Shown piece by piece: positions 35,040 through 48,081 of a stretch of DNA of 64,000 nt. The notes beneath the pieces were generated by a model, which was not told where the DNA came from, did not search any database, and saw only the letters and a program-made list of their open reading frames with translations. The DNA is taken from contig JAAILG010000938.1 in NCBI GenBank assembly GCA_012026655.1, forward strand, positions 1 through 64,000. The letters are read 5' to 3'. The position numbers and the translations under genes were made by a program. Position 1 is the stretch's first letter, and every line of letters starts with the position of its first letter. The stretch comes from Hydrolagus affinis. Its lineage: Eukaryota.

Positions 35040-35980
35040 AACAACATCAACAAAATTACATTTGAGTGCCCTTCACGTCGGGAAGATGTCTTAAGGCACT
35101 GAACAGTCTGAGGTCAGGACCCGAGCATGGGGGAGTGGGGGTGGGGGCAGGGTTGGGAGGGCAGAGAGGAAGGAGGGCAGCTGAAAGCATGGTAAAAAGG
35201 GAGGGTCTTCAGATGACCTTAAAGACAAGGGAGGGAGCAAGGCGAATAGATTGTGGGATGGAGTTTCAAAGCCTGGGGGCAGAGAGGCTGAAAGCCCGGC
35301 TTCCTATGGTAGCTCGGTGGGTGGGGGGACACATGGAGCAAGCCAGAGCCTGTTAATGGAGGGAGTGGACAGGTTGATAGGGGATTAGCAGATCAGAAAG
35401 ATAGGAGGGAGGGAGCAAGGCCGTGGAGGGCTTTGAACGTGAGGATGAGTATCTTGAATTTTATCCTTTGAGTGATGGGGAGCCAGTGGAGCCGGGTGAG
35501 GGTGGGTGTGATGGGGGTCACAGAGTCTGGTGCGGGAGAGGACATAAGCTGTAGGGTTTTGGATGATCTACAGCTTGTGGGGGGAAGAGTTTGTGATGCC
35601 GACAAGGAAGGAGTTGCCATATTCGAGTCTTGTGACAACCAAGTGTATGAAAGTTTCTGCGGCCTGAGGTGTGAGGCAATGGCAGAGTAGGGCAATGTGG
35701 AGGTGGTGGAAGGCAATGCTGGTCATGGCACGGATATCAGGGAGAAAGGACAGTTCAGGGTTAAACAAGTCATCCAGCTTCCTGACTGGCTTGGTGAGGT
35801 GGAGTGTGCATCCATTGATGCTGACATCGGACGTCCTCCCGACGTGAAAGGCGCTCTATAAATGTAATTTGTTGTTGTTGTTGACAGTGCCTGGGGTGCA
35901 GAAGCCAATCAGAAGGGCCTCGGTCTTACTGACGTTCAGCTGTAGAAAGTTGTCTCTCATCTAGAACTAATGGACTTGTT
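35040..35980 (-). mobile_element. L2 fragment with an antisense L2 tail inserted at 35828-35882
   Basis: TPTLTRLHWLPITQRIKFKILILTFKALHGLAPS; AAETFIHLVVTRLEYGNSFL. Confidence 0.9.
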
Positions 35981-36624
35981 TGGCATATTAAATAGGTTAA
36001 TCTGGTTAACTCTAAACAATGGGGACTGTCAATGAAAAATTACACATAGACTTGATTAATTGAATCTTATGTTTATCTCCAAACAGGCCTATAAATATCC
36101 TTCTACCAAAAAGGTTTAATACTTTCAATGTGTATATTCATGGCATTATGGCCCCTGAAACAGATAGGCCCCTGACAACAGGCACCTGCTAAACCCAGAA
36201 GTAACAACTGTTTCATGATAAACAAAAGCAGCCAGTGGCATATGGCAATAGCAAAACAAATGTATACACTTTGGTTCCCATAGGAGGGAAGGAGAGATAA
36301 GTAGACATAAGTGAAATCTCCATATCTCAGGAATCAGAAAGATAGGTGTCTGTGATTAACAATCGCCAAAGCAATTGCTCTGCACAACGTTGACCAGTTT
36401 TCTGCCCTTTTTTTTTTAATCCCTCCAATGCTGAGATTTACTTTTGCCATCTATGAAACAATACAACAATTACATTATCACATAGAAAAGGTTACACAAG
36501 CTGCTGCTGTTAATACTAGAACATCATACCCTTTTGGTTCTGTTTAAAGAATAATGTGGCTGGCCTTTATTGAGGGCTTTCAAAGGTTCAATGTAATCAT
36601 CGTGATATAAACGTTAGTGCATAT

Positions 36625-37566
36625 TGGTGCGTGATCTGCATGTTTTTACTTGGACGACACCCAACTCTACCTTTCCGCTTCCACCCTCAACTCCAGGACT
36701 ACCGGCGTCCTGACTGTTTGCCGGTCTGACACTGAGTCCTGGATGAGGGACAACTTTCTCCAGTTGAATGTCTGCAAGACTGACGCCCTTCTGATTGGCT
36801 CACGTTAGCACCTCCGCACTTCAGGTGCTGGCAGCATCAGCATCCAAGGCTGCACTCTCCATCTCTCGCCGGTCAGGAACCTGTGCGTCTTGTTTGACCC
36901 TGAACTGTCCTTCTCCCTCACATCCGCGCCATGATCAATACTGCCTTCCACCATTTCCACAACATTGTCAGCCTCCGCCACGGCCTCACCCCTCAGGCTG
37001 CCAAAACCTTTGTCCACACATTTGTCACATCAAGGCTCGACAATGGAAACTCCCTCCTCGTCTTCCCTTCGCAAGCTGCAGATCATCCAGAACTCTGCAG
37101 CTCATGTCCTCTCCCACACCAAGCTCCGCGATCACATCACTCACACCCTCGCCCAGCTCCATTGGCTCCCCATCCCCCATAGGATTGAATTCAAGATCCT
37201 TGTCCTCACTTTCAAGGCCATTCATGATCTTGCCCCCTCCTATCTCTCCGACCTGCTGCCTCCCTATGAACCTGCCTGCCATCTCCATTCAGCAGGCTCT
37301 GGTCTGCTCCATGTCCCCTGCCCAACCTGCCCTACCATCGGTGGACGGGCTTTCAGCCTCTCTGCCACCACACTCTGGAACCTCATCTTCGATCCCTCCT
37401 CTGCTGCCCTCCCAACTCGCTCCCACCCCTCCTAACTCTTTCCCTCCCCTCCCCACCTACTTTGCCCCTCCCACTTGCTCAGGTCCCAACCTGACTGTTC
37501 AGCACCTTGGGACATCCTCCCAATGTGAAAGGCGCTCTATAAATGTAATTTTGTTGTTGTAGTTGT
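36625..37566 (+). mobile_element. L2 LINE RT C-terminus to 3' tail
   Basis: (Y)LDDTQLY, AKTFVHTFVTSRLDNGNSLL, KLQIIQNSAAHVL, LHWLPIPHRIEFKIL; (TTG)n tail. Confidence 0.9.
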
Positions 37567-38876
37567 TTTCTGGGTATGTCTTGTTACTTATGGGATATTG
37601 CTTTAGGTATTAATGTTGTTGCACCAGCTATCTGGTCAGCTATTTGATTTAACAACAGTAAAAAAAAATATTTAAAACTGTGGAAAACTTAGCCTCTGAT
37701 TAACCTCTTCCCTAGGCATAATCCTAAAATAAATTTGGAATCAAATTTGTCTTGACTGATATTAGGTGTCAGCTTGATTCAGTTAGTATCAGTCTAAGCA
37801 AACCAGGACACATTCTAACAGCTAGGTACAGTACATGTATACAGTAATTCTTTTTTGTGTACATGTATTTGCTCTAGTAACCAATAAACAATAAAGGTAA
37901 TGATGAAATTACACTGTTATGTTATGCTATGTTAGTTCAACCAATATGATGTTTTACAGTGTCTCCCAAATGTTTATCCTTCAAGGTTATTCCGCACAGG
38001 CAGGAAGTCTTGTGCTTTCTTGCTGGTGTGCTCAGATCAATAGTTGCCTTGTTTCTTTCTTGCTAATAAAAAGAAACGTTTGCAGTTATCTGGCAGTTGA
38101 ATTGGATTAACTAGCGGCAAAGGTGCCTTTGTGCTTGAAGAATGATCTTATTTTGCAAACATTGTTATGATTACCTTTATAAATTCTGCCGTAAAAAGTC
38201 CACCCGTATGCTATCCTTGGTCCTCTGGTGATTAGTGCATACCTTTATCACAATACTGAATGGTACGTTTTGCGATATCAAGCAGCAGTGAGCTCTGCGG
38301 TGCAGTTCAGTCATTCAGTGCCTCATTCCTGTTTGTGATTAGCACTCTGATATTATGCTACAGTTGCATTTTCTAAACAGCTGCAAAGGACACTATGCAG
38401 CGTTTATACAGATCATCATTAAATCGAGCGGAGCAGGACAAAATAGTTGCAGTGATGTTTTATGTACACTGTGAAGTTAATCTATAGAGATATGTTTTTT
38501 CCTCTCTTTATTGCTGACGAAATGTATTTTTCATCATATATATGCACAGTCGGGTTTTGTTTCTGCTCCCTGTACTGGGAAGATTATATCAAGGTCAGAA
38601 ATTTTGCTGATATATTGTATGCATTGAAATAATATTGGCTTTGTGTGGATGTTTATTTTATGTCTTGTGGAGTAATTTTCTTTCTTATTATAAATATTTT
38701 AAATCTTCAAAATTAGACACATTTTCTGATCTGGAATGCTGATGACCACCCAGTCATTAAACCTGGCCAGGTATCAAAGGATGTCTGGAAAATACTATTT
38801 CATATGCTGCATTTGATATAGCACCTTTCACATTGGGAGAATGTCTCAAAGTATTTCAAAGGATTCATTGTAAAGC

Positions 38877-39495
38877 ATACATAGAACATAAGAATAAGAA
38901 GCAGGAATAGGCCATTCGGCCCCTCGTGTCTGCCCCGCCATTCAATAAGACCATGGCTGATCTTCTAATCTACCACCAAGTGCGCGCCTTATCCCCATAT
39001 CCCTTAATCCCTCTATCCATAAGAAATCTATCAATCTTGGTTTTGAATATGTTCAAGGACTGAGTATCTACAGCCTTTGGGGGTAGAGAATTTGATAAAT
39101 TCACTACTCTTTGAGTGAAGAAGCATTTCCTCAACTCTGTTCGAAAAGTCTGACCCTTAATCATAAGACTGACCCCTAGTTATAGTTTCTCCAACCAGGG
39201 GAAACAGTCTCACACTATCCACTCTGTCAAGCCCCTTAAGAATCTTATAGCTTTCAATAAGATCACTTCTAATTCTTCTATATTCTAGAGAATATAGGCC
39301 TAATTTAATCAACTATCCTCATAGGTCAACCCCCTCATCCCAGGAACCAACCTAGTAAAACTACGCTGCATCCCCTCTAAAGCGAATATGTCCTTTCTTA
39401 AATAAGGAGACCAAAACAGCACACAATATTCTAGATGCGGTCTCACCAAGGCCCTATACGGTTGCAGCAAGACTTTCCTACTCTTTTATGCTAAC
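38877..39495 (-). mobile_element. CR1 3' fragment, second subfamily (acataagaa-type tail)
   Basis: FRTELRKCFFTQRVVNLSNSLP...IFKTKIDRFL (ORF 38970..39164). Confidence 0.9.
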
Positions 39496-39501
39496 CTGTT
39501 C

Positions 39502-39945
39502 TTATGGTCTGAAATCATTGAAATCAATATTGAGGCCAGAGGGCTGTAAGGTCCGCAGCAGATAGAGGAGATGTTGCTTCTCGAATTTGTGCAGTGCTTT
39601 ATTGGAACAGCATAGGAGACCATGAATGGAGAGGTTACAGTGCGAGTGGCAGAGAGAATTCAAATTGCATTTGTAGAGCAGACCACATTGTGAGCAGCGA
39701 ATACAGTTTACTACATTGGTGGTAGTATATGTATCTTGTTGTCTCACTTCAAAACTGTGTTGGGTGCCCTAGATAGTAGTATGGGAGGAAGCGAAAGGGC
39801 AAGTATTGCATCACATACACTGGCATGGGAAGATGCTGGGGAGAGTAGAGCAGGTGTTGGTGGTACCTATGAGGAACGAACCACGGAGTCAGAGAGGGAA
39901 AGGTCCCTTCAGAATGGTGGGAGGGAGAGGGAAAGATACGTTTGA
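39502..39945 (-). mobile_element. Penelope-like element, GIY-YIG endonuclease remnant
   Basis: NVVNCIRCSQCGLLY...HS...IHGLLCC...EKQHLLYLLRTLQPSGLNIDF (ORF 39502..39747); upstream IFPSP-like linker. Confidence 0.85.
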
Positions 39946-40234
39946 TGGATTATTTTGTTTATGGATTGTTAACGTCCGCCTCAATCCTAACAGTTTGTCT
40001 CGCTCCTTCCTCATATAACCAGTCCAGTTGGGTCCGGACTTCTTGGAGAGGACACAATACCAACAGTTAGTAGGTATTGAGAGTGTGAGGGGAACTTGAG
40101 TTCAGTTTCTATTTATAATAAATTAGCTATGCCCATTGCAATGTCGCTTGCAACAAATGCTTTAGGGCACACTGAGGCAGCAGAAGATAAGGACATGGGT
40201 TCCAAGTTGGATTTTTTTTATCATAACACTGTAA

Positions 40235-40490
40235 TTCTTTAATTTGATATAGCCCCTTATTATGTCACTAAGACATCTCAAAGTGCTGTGCAGGATTTGC
40301 TGTAAAATGGAGTGACTGTATTTTGTGGGCAAACCTCGGGAAAAATGTTCGCGCACAATTATGCCTCACAAACAGCCATGAAGTGAGTGGACGATTTTAT
40401 TTGGGGGAATTGCCAGGCAACCAAGAGAAACTCCCTTCTCTTTTTGAACAGTGCCATTGGCTCTTTAATATCCACCTAGCAGATGGGACC
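40235..40490 (-). mobile_element. Old Deu-SINE 3' half
   Basis: Minus strand gtggatattaaagagccaatggcactgttcaaaaagagaagggag plus L2-like tail. Confidence 0.7.
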
Positions 40491-41146
40491 CTTGGTGCAT
40501 ACCCAATGGAAATGTGCACTCTGTCCTTTCTCCAAACTGGTGAGGTATTTAAAATAATGAAAGAGAATTAGCAGGTTATATGGTGGACGGTTCTTTACTA
40601 TGGTACAGAGATCCATTACAAAGGGGAACAGACTTCAAATTAGAACCAAGATACTGTAGCTAGAACTGAGGTCAGAAGGATTTCTTCATACAGATGGGTT
40701 GTGAAGGTGCCCTAGAAAGCTTCAGAGATAGAATCAACAAAAGGCATCAGTGCAGCAACAAATATAGCAGTCGTTGGTAGCTTTGAAACAACTATTGTGT
40801 CCAAATCAAAGCAAATGAGTATTCACACTCAATAATTATAGACCGAGAATCAGATTTAACAGAAGCTAAGTGATAATTATCTGCTATAAAACATGGCATT
40901 TATATCTCACACTTTTTTTATATAACATAATAGTCAATAATGTACATGTGTTTGAAACTCTACCAGTGGTTCATCGACTAGACGCTATTCGGTGGTCTTG
41001 CTTTATTTTAGCCTGAGATTTTAATTTGTCTGCTGATCTCTTTTGAACATCTTGCTTTTCATTAACATAAATGCAGCTGAAAAAAATTAACAAACCTCAC
41101 ACATCAGCAATGTGGGATACTCTTGAAACCCATTGCTGACTTAAAT

Positions 41147-41190
41147 TCTCTCTCTGGCTCTCTCACGCTTTCTCTCTCTCTCTCTCTCTC
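41147..41190. repeat. (CT)n microsatellite
   Basis: Read directly. Confidence 0.85.
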
Positions 41191-42384
41191 AGACTTTGTT
41201 CTTTAGGCTTTATTCATCTGAGGCACCCTGTTTCACTTTGAATTGAGAAAAATCCATTGAAGCCACAGATGTTAGAGCTGCCTGGGGCGGTAAAGCAAAC
41301 AGCAACGTTCCCTGTCTCAGATGTCTTTACACCTGAATTGTATCTATAGCTTTTGGAATAATTATAACCACTTCCTCAGATGTTTGCCTTTTTATTCATT
41401 TTAAAGATCCTTTTGTGATTCCTATAACATGTATCAATTTTCTCCCTCCGGGGATCTCATTTTCAATACATGTTCAGATTAGATGCAAAGAGGTGCAGTG
41501 GTATTAAATGTTATCTATCAAGCTAAAATGCAATTTTAATTAAAAATAATGTTGCTCAATAGTGTCGACCGGCGATACTGTACGTTTATTATTTAGTGCA
41601 GAGAAAGAAAGCCATGCAGAGAAAGAAAGCCATACAATACAGCTGAAGAATAATGATTTAAGTCTAATTAATTTTGTTTAACACCACAGGGCACTGTCGA
41701 CTTTCTTGAATTTCTGCTTTGTGTTAAGGAATTGTGCATGATGGTAATGAAAAGAAATGAAACCTTTTCTGCTCGGCACTCAATGACAGTAGGCAGTTCT
41801 CCTTGATCACACATGGGATTGCTCAGGTACAATCTAACACTTTTCTATATTGCTTTAAAATGTACCTCCAGCCTAACCTTGCTGCACCAGTGATATATCA
41901 TTTATCTATCGGTACCAGCAACAATGTTCAAATATTGCTTCTAACTTGCTGAGCGGAACACTTTTAACAGAACTAAATTAACTTTTTGTTCACCCAAAGC
42001 TACTAACTGAAACCTTAATCACAAGGAATTAATCTTGAAAGGTTATCTTTTGTGTAGATGTATCATTTGTGTGGGTTGATGCAGAGGAGAAAAGTAGCAA
42101 TAGACCATAAAATCTTCCAATCTCTCGAGAAAGCAGGGTAATAACTAGTAAGAGAGTGGAGATGGAAGAATTCACGCAGATGCTGCTTACTGGTTGTTTT
42201 GGTTTACTGCTCAACAAAGCTAGGAATAATCTACCCCCGGTGTATTAGTGAGAAACATTTTCTAACACTTCTTTCTGGCCCTCCAGAATAATTGGACAAT
42301 CACTTCAAGGATAGAACAAATGGCTGCCACAGTTACCTGCAAAACCCATTGCTTATTTGTACAGTACTGTATTTCTGTATGGCG

Positions 42385-42872
42385 CCACTTTACCTTTGCC
42401 ACCTGCTTTTTCCAACAACAACTTACATTTATATAGCGCCCTCCATGCCAGACGGCGTCTCAGAGCGTTTCACAACAGCAGAGCCTGGGGCCGAGCCAGG
42501 GGGAGAGGGAAGGTGACCGTAGGTGCGGACAAACAGAAAGGTCTTCAGGCGCAACCTGAAAATGGAAAAGAAGAGGGTGAGAAGGGATTGATCTGCTGCC
42601 TTCGCTCAGCTGGCTCCAGTCTGCTGCTAGTTCCTCGTCTTCTCCCCTCCACTATCAGCAGCTGTGTTTCCAGCCACTACGCTCCAAATCTTTGGAAATC
42701 TCTCTCTTTATCCCTCTCCTTTGACCCCTCCTTCCCTGCTTTTATATCACAACTGAAGAACCTTCCTTTTCAACCGAGCTTATGGTCACTTCCTCTCTCC
42801 CCCGGCTTGGAGTCAGGCTCCACTTCTGTTAAGGCTGCATTTGAAGGGCTTACATAAAGCAAATTGTTGTTG
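42385..42872 (+). mobile_element. Older L2 3' fragment with an antisense L2-B 3' end inserted at 42412-42590
   Basis: LRSAGSSLLLVPR...SHYAPNLWKSL on plus; (caa)n and stem-loop on minus. Confidence 0.75.
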
Positions 42873-43301
42873 TATATACCTGTAAGGGCTTTGAGATGTT
42901 TCAACATGATAAGGTGCTATAAAGATACAAGTTATTAGCTTGTTGTTCTATTTTTCTTTAAAATTAGAGCACTAGGAATAAGAGTGTGAATTCATTCTGT
43001 TATAGAATTATGTCTGTTTAAACATTGGTTGCAATCTCAATAACTTATTTCACCTTTAACAGTCATTGACAGCAAATCCCTACAAAGCGCTTTGAGATGT
43101 TTCAACATGATAAGGCACTATATGAAATGCAAAGATTATTAGGAAGAAAGTGTTCATCAACTGAGATAGATTTAAATTCAATCTCTATAAATCACATTTT
43201 ACTCTGCACTAACCCAGTCTCTAATTGACAATGTTTATTATATTCGTAGCAGGCCACTCACTTCTCTGCATTGGTAGGTTTTGAAGATCAATCTTTAAAT
43301 A

Positions 43302-43623
43302 ATTATAATAATAATAAGCCATGCATTTGATATAGTGCTTTTCACATTTTCTAGATGTCTCAAAATGCTTTTCAGAATATACTGTAAAGTAAATTGACTG
43401 TACATTTGTGGACGAAGCACATGGCCAATTGGCACAATTGGCACAGTGATATCCCACAAACAGTTGTGAATTGAAGTGACCAATTTATTCATGTTTTTTT
43501 CTTGAGAGATTATTATCAGGCTTGTGGAGTAAGGAAACTTGCTCAATATTTCACCCAGCCAGGAATCAAACCCAGGTTTCTCACTTGCGAGGCGAGTACT
43601 CTAATCATTGAGCTACAGGACTC
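43302..43623 (-). mobile_element. Young SINE, short variant
   Basis: Head, body and (TAT)n tail present. Confidence 0.9.
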
Positions 43624-45930
43624 TTGAAAATGTGGCAAATATCCTTTTAACTCAGTGGCTGCACTGGCATCAGAACATGTGCCATAAGAAGTCTCACTTG
43701 TTACAGTGTAGAACTTCTGGTCCTTAAGAAGTTTGGAACTTCTGAGGAAAACCTGATGATCAATGTGATAATCATCTCTGGCGATAATCGTCACACCAAA
43801 TGTCATATTTGTCAATTCTACGACCAATTCAGAAATAGACAGGAATAGATATACAGAGTTGAATTCCAAGTTAAAGACTTATAAATTCCAACTCCAATCT
43901 AGCTTTCCATTCCGACATGCCTCCCTTCATACTATGTTTGATGAAACTCACCAGTTCTCATCCATATGGAACATCATATGGAAGTAAATCTTGGAAGGAG
44001 GAATGGGTACATGAGACCTCAGTTGCTACATTGGAATTAAATTTGGCATTGCTATCATCAGAGCTGCAAATGGATCCACAATTTCTTTGTGCTCAGACTT
44101 GTGGCCGAGAGTTCATAATCAATAGCTAATTATGTGCTACTTCACCACAGTAACTGATGGGTCATTTAATGGTTAAATGATTGATGCTATATTTGTCGGT
44201 AATGGTAAAAGTCAGAACTGCTGTGCTTTGTAATTTGTGGGGATCAATACAATTGATAGTTATACCTGTTCGTCTCAGATATTTCTGTTTTCGAGTTCAA
44301 GTTTGAAACCTTCCTCACCATCCATATGAAAAAAGTAATTAAAATATTTTTAATGTTGTTTTGTGAAATTATTTGCCCATTAGGTGTATAGCTGATCATA
44401 TGTAATTTCTTGCTCCATCTCCCAAGACACATCTGAAAATATACCTCTTTATGCATTCAGTCATCTTTCCTCTCCTCACCGCCCTCAGTTCCTACCAGTA
44501 GCTTTGGTGCCCAGACGGCAAATCAAGTGCTTTGAGACATCCTGCCAGTGTGAGGATAAGTGTAACTTGTATCGTAATTGAATGTGCTATCAAATCTGTG
44601 ACAAAAGCTTTACATTTTTCCATCTCTTCTTAAAGACTGGCCAATGATTTTAATCCCCCAACCCCCCCCACCTCCACGCCCACCCCATTCAATTTTGGCG
44701 TAACGGTTGAGCATAAAGATTTCAGCACTGCCCTTATTGTTAACTTTAATGTTGTTTGAGTACTACTTCACAGGATAAAACTCTCATTAAGATAAAGTGG
44801 TATCCAGGGAAGCGCACTTAGATAGGGTCTAAAACTCTAGAATTGGAACTAAAAACAGGATCACTAGGGAAAATCCAAGACAGCAGTGTGGAAATCTTGG
44901 CTTTGTGTCCAACGATTGTGCCAAAATTGGGTGGGAGGGGAAAGGGGGAATTAACACAGCAGCTGTCTTCAGGAATAGATGGAAACATTTGATGTTTCTT
45001 AATAGGTTTGCTAGTGCATTCAATGGTATTTATTCTTTTGTGAAACATACCATTTTGACCTCCCATATGTTATAACCAAAGATGTTTAGTTGTAAATTTG
45101 GGTACATTAATTCGGGTATATGACCCCAATTGCTCTATAGAGTTCTCCCTGGCTCATTTCCATTTTGAAATATGATTTTAGAGTATTGGCCATATTACAG
45201 CCACGCTCCCACACACTCCAGCCCCATCTTCAGTGAATACATGGAATTTGGTCGGAAATAGACTGAGATGATATTATAGTAATTAAATATCATTCATCAC
45301 TATTCCTCCCCTGACACATGCAGCCTTGCCGCTCACCCCCGTATTCTGAGAAAATATTCAATGCAGTGGTGATGCAGTTCATAAATGGAATGAGTGCTTC
45401 AGAGATCAGGATTGGGCCCTGTTCTCATGGAGTAATACAAATCTAACTGCTTGAAACTGACGTGGATTCCTGGTGAAAGTCCCTCTTAGATATTATCACC
45501 TCTTTAAGCGGTCGATCATGACATTGATGTTCTTCAGTATTTGTAACATTCCATCACTGAAATTTGTGTGTGGACAGCTACTCAAGCCTCTTGAAGACTC
45601 TCTGCCTGACATTAATAAGAAATGGGTTAATCTCCTGATCTTCCTTTTAGGATGAGTTACCATTGTCAAACTGATTACATTCCCATACTATTATATCTGT
45701 CTCAGATGCTGCTGGTAAGATTACAGAGGGCAAGACAGTCATAATATTCGATTGAAGTTACAGGACTCAATCAGGCTCTGCCTGTTTAACCATGGTATTA
45801 CTGCATATCTACTGAGGATTTGATGAAATTGTTATGACTCTGATATTTTTGGCTATTGTAAGCTTCTTCCCGTCAATATTAATAATAATGATGATAATAA
45901 TAAAGATGTCTCACAGCACTTCACAGCATT

Positions 45931-46296
45931 TGTGGAGTCCTGTAACTCACTGGTTAGAGCATTCGCCTTGCAAGCGAGAGACCTGGGTTCGATTTCCAGG
46001 CAGGTCAAAACATTGGGCATGTTTCCTTACTCCACATGCCTGTTTATCCAGCTGTTAGCAGGAACCCAGTCATTAGTCGATTGGTGGAACGCTTTTCCGT
46101 GGTTAATAATTCCTTGAAAAACAAAAATAATAAATTGGACCTTAATCCACAACTGTTTGTGAGACACCGCTATGTACAATTGGCTGCTGCATTTTGCCTA
46201 CAAAATTAACTTTACAATTCACTCTACAGTATATTCTGTGAAGAACTTTGAGATGTCTCGAAGACATGATAAATGCCAGGATTATTATTATTATTG
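45931..46296 (+). mobile_element. tRNA-SINE, long variant, inserted in an old minus-strand SINE tail
   Basis: tgtggagtcctgtaactcactggttagagcattcgccttgcaagcgagagacctgggttcgatt...tgcctgtttatccagctgttagcaggaacccag... Confidence 0.9.
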
Positions 46297-46516
46297 TAAT
46301 CTCTAGAAACTGCATTTTGTAGGCAAATACGTCAGCCAATTTGCTGACTGTGAGTACACCATTCTGACGTGGGATTTGAACCTATAACCTCGAGTCACAA
46401 CAACAAAATTACATTTATAGAGCGCTTTTCACAAGGATGTATGCAAACACAATGACACAAGACATGAGACACAAAAATGAGAGTGCTTCCAACTAAACAT
46501 GGCTGACAATTAAATA

Positions 46517-47400
46517 ACAACAACAACTTTGATTTATCTGTCTCAGAGCACTTCACAATAATGGATCCCGGGGGTGAGCCAGGGGCAGGGGGAGAAATGT
46601 GACCAAAGACACAGTTGAAGAGAAAGGTCTTTAGCTGAGACATGAAACTGGGAAGAGGGGGAGAGACGAAGGGAGTAAAGAAGGGAATTCCAGAGCTTCG
46701 GGCATAGTGGCTGAAGGCACTGCCGCTGATGGTGGAGCATAGGATTCAAGGGACAAAGAGGAGGCCAGATCCGGTGGAGCAAAGCCAATGGGTGCTGGCT
46801 TGAGGAGAGAAGAGGTCGGAGAGGTAGGGGGGTGCAGAGGAGTGGAGGGATTTGAAAACAAGGGTGAGTATCTTGGAATCGATCCTCTCCGGGACAAGGA
46901 GCCAGTGAAGCCAGTGAAGGGGTAATGGGGGAGCGAAGTTTGGTGTGGGTGAGAATGCGGGCCGCAGAGTTTTGAATGAGTTGGATTTTATGGATTTTGG
47001 TGGAGGGGAGACCACTGAGGAGGGCATTGGAATAGTTCAGCCAAGAGGTGACAAAGGCATGGACCAGGGTTTCAGCGGCTTTTGGGGCGAGATATTGCCG
47101 GAGACGGGTAATCCGGCAGAGGTGGAAAAAAATGGTGCTGGTGAGGGACCGGATGTGGGGGAGGAAGGACAGTTGGGGGTTGAACCTGATGCCTAGGTTG
47201 CGCACGGGTTCGGAGTTTCAGGAGCAGACTGGAAAGGTGGGGGAGGTGATAGCCGTGCAATTGAAGACATTGATGAGAGCCAAAGAGTATGGCTTCCGTC
47301 TTGTTAACATTCAGCTGCAGGAAGTTTGCGCTCATCCAGCTCCTGATGTCTGACAGGCAGACTGACAGAACATCAGGAGACTGGGGGTTGCAAAGTAAGG
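46517..47400 (-). mobile_element. L2 subfamily B, ORF2 C-terminal region
   Basis: NFLQLNVNKTEAILFG; RNLGIRF..QLSF.PHI; AETLVHAFVTSWLNYSNALL; IQLIQNSAARIL (ORF 46543..47205). Confidence 0.9.
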
Positions 47401-47858
47401 TGGAGTGAAGTGAGGTGGAGTGAAGTGAGATATCACTGAATGTTGTTTAAAAGTTTCCTACTAGTATTTATGCTTGCTGACATTTCTTCAGACTTTGTTG
47501 GCTTGAATTTGCAACATGTTGATTCCCAATTTCCACTCTGAATATGCTACTGTATTTGCAAATAATAAGGTGCAATTAAGTTGGTTTGTGAACATCACAT
47601 TTTAGATGTATTATTAGATTACAAGTGAAATACTTTAGATGCAGTATTTGCATTGCTGCCTGTTCTTCCTACACGGTGTCAAGTAGACCAATGGTTCTCA
47701 ACCGGGGATACATGTACCCCAGGGGGTACAAAATTACTTCCAGGGGGTACAGGTGGCAGTACAGCTTATTTAGCTTATTTTAGCTCTTATTTAGCATTTT
47801 ATAGCCTTCCAAATTGTATATTTAACTGTTATTCCCCTCATTTTGTATGTGCTAGTTA

Positions 47859-48069
47859 CTGTAAAAGCCCGTTTATCCGGCACACTCGGGATCTGGCCAA
47901 TGCTGGTTAAAGCGCGTGCCGGATATTCAGCCGAAAACAGAAAACATTTTTTTTAAAAAAATTCATTTTTCCGAATAAATTCCGGTTAATCGGATGCAGA
48001 CTTTTTTTTGAGGTGCCAGTTATAAGGAAGTTACGGTTGATCGGGTGCCAGATAAACGGGCTTTTACTG
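47859..48069. mobile_element. Young Tigger-like MITE (211 bp)
   Basis: TA|ctgtaaaagcccgtttatccggcac ... gtgccagataaacgggcttttactg|TA: near-perfect 25-bp TIRs, TA target duplication, CpGs retained. Confidence 0.9.
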
Positions 48070-48081
48070 TATTTTGTTATA

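Noticed and set aside
36795-37562. 255-aa plus-strand ORF
   Set aside because: Off-frame reading of a C-rich L2 fragment; the true L2 frame is frameshifted
43543-43869. 108-aa minus ORF with protein-like composition
   Set aside because: Ends within a SINE head, has no recognisable domain and no clear exon boundaries
45931-46005. tRNA gene (TGC triplet in a 5-bp stem, 7-nt loop), also at the other SINE heads
   Set aside because: No proper acceptor stem and continuous with SINE body and tail; these are tRNA-derived SINE heads
46543-47205. 220-aa ORF as a domesticated or active gene
   Set aside because: L2 ORF2 C-terminal fragment that shifts out of frame midway
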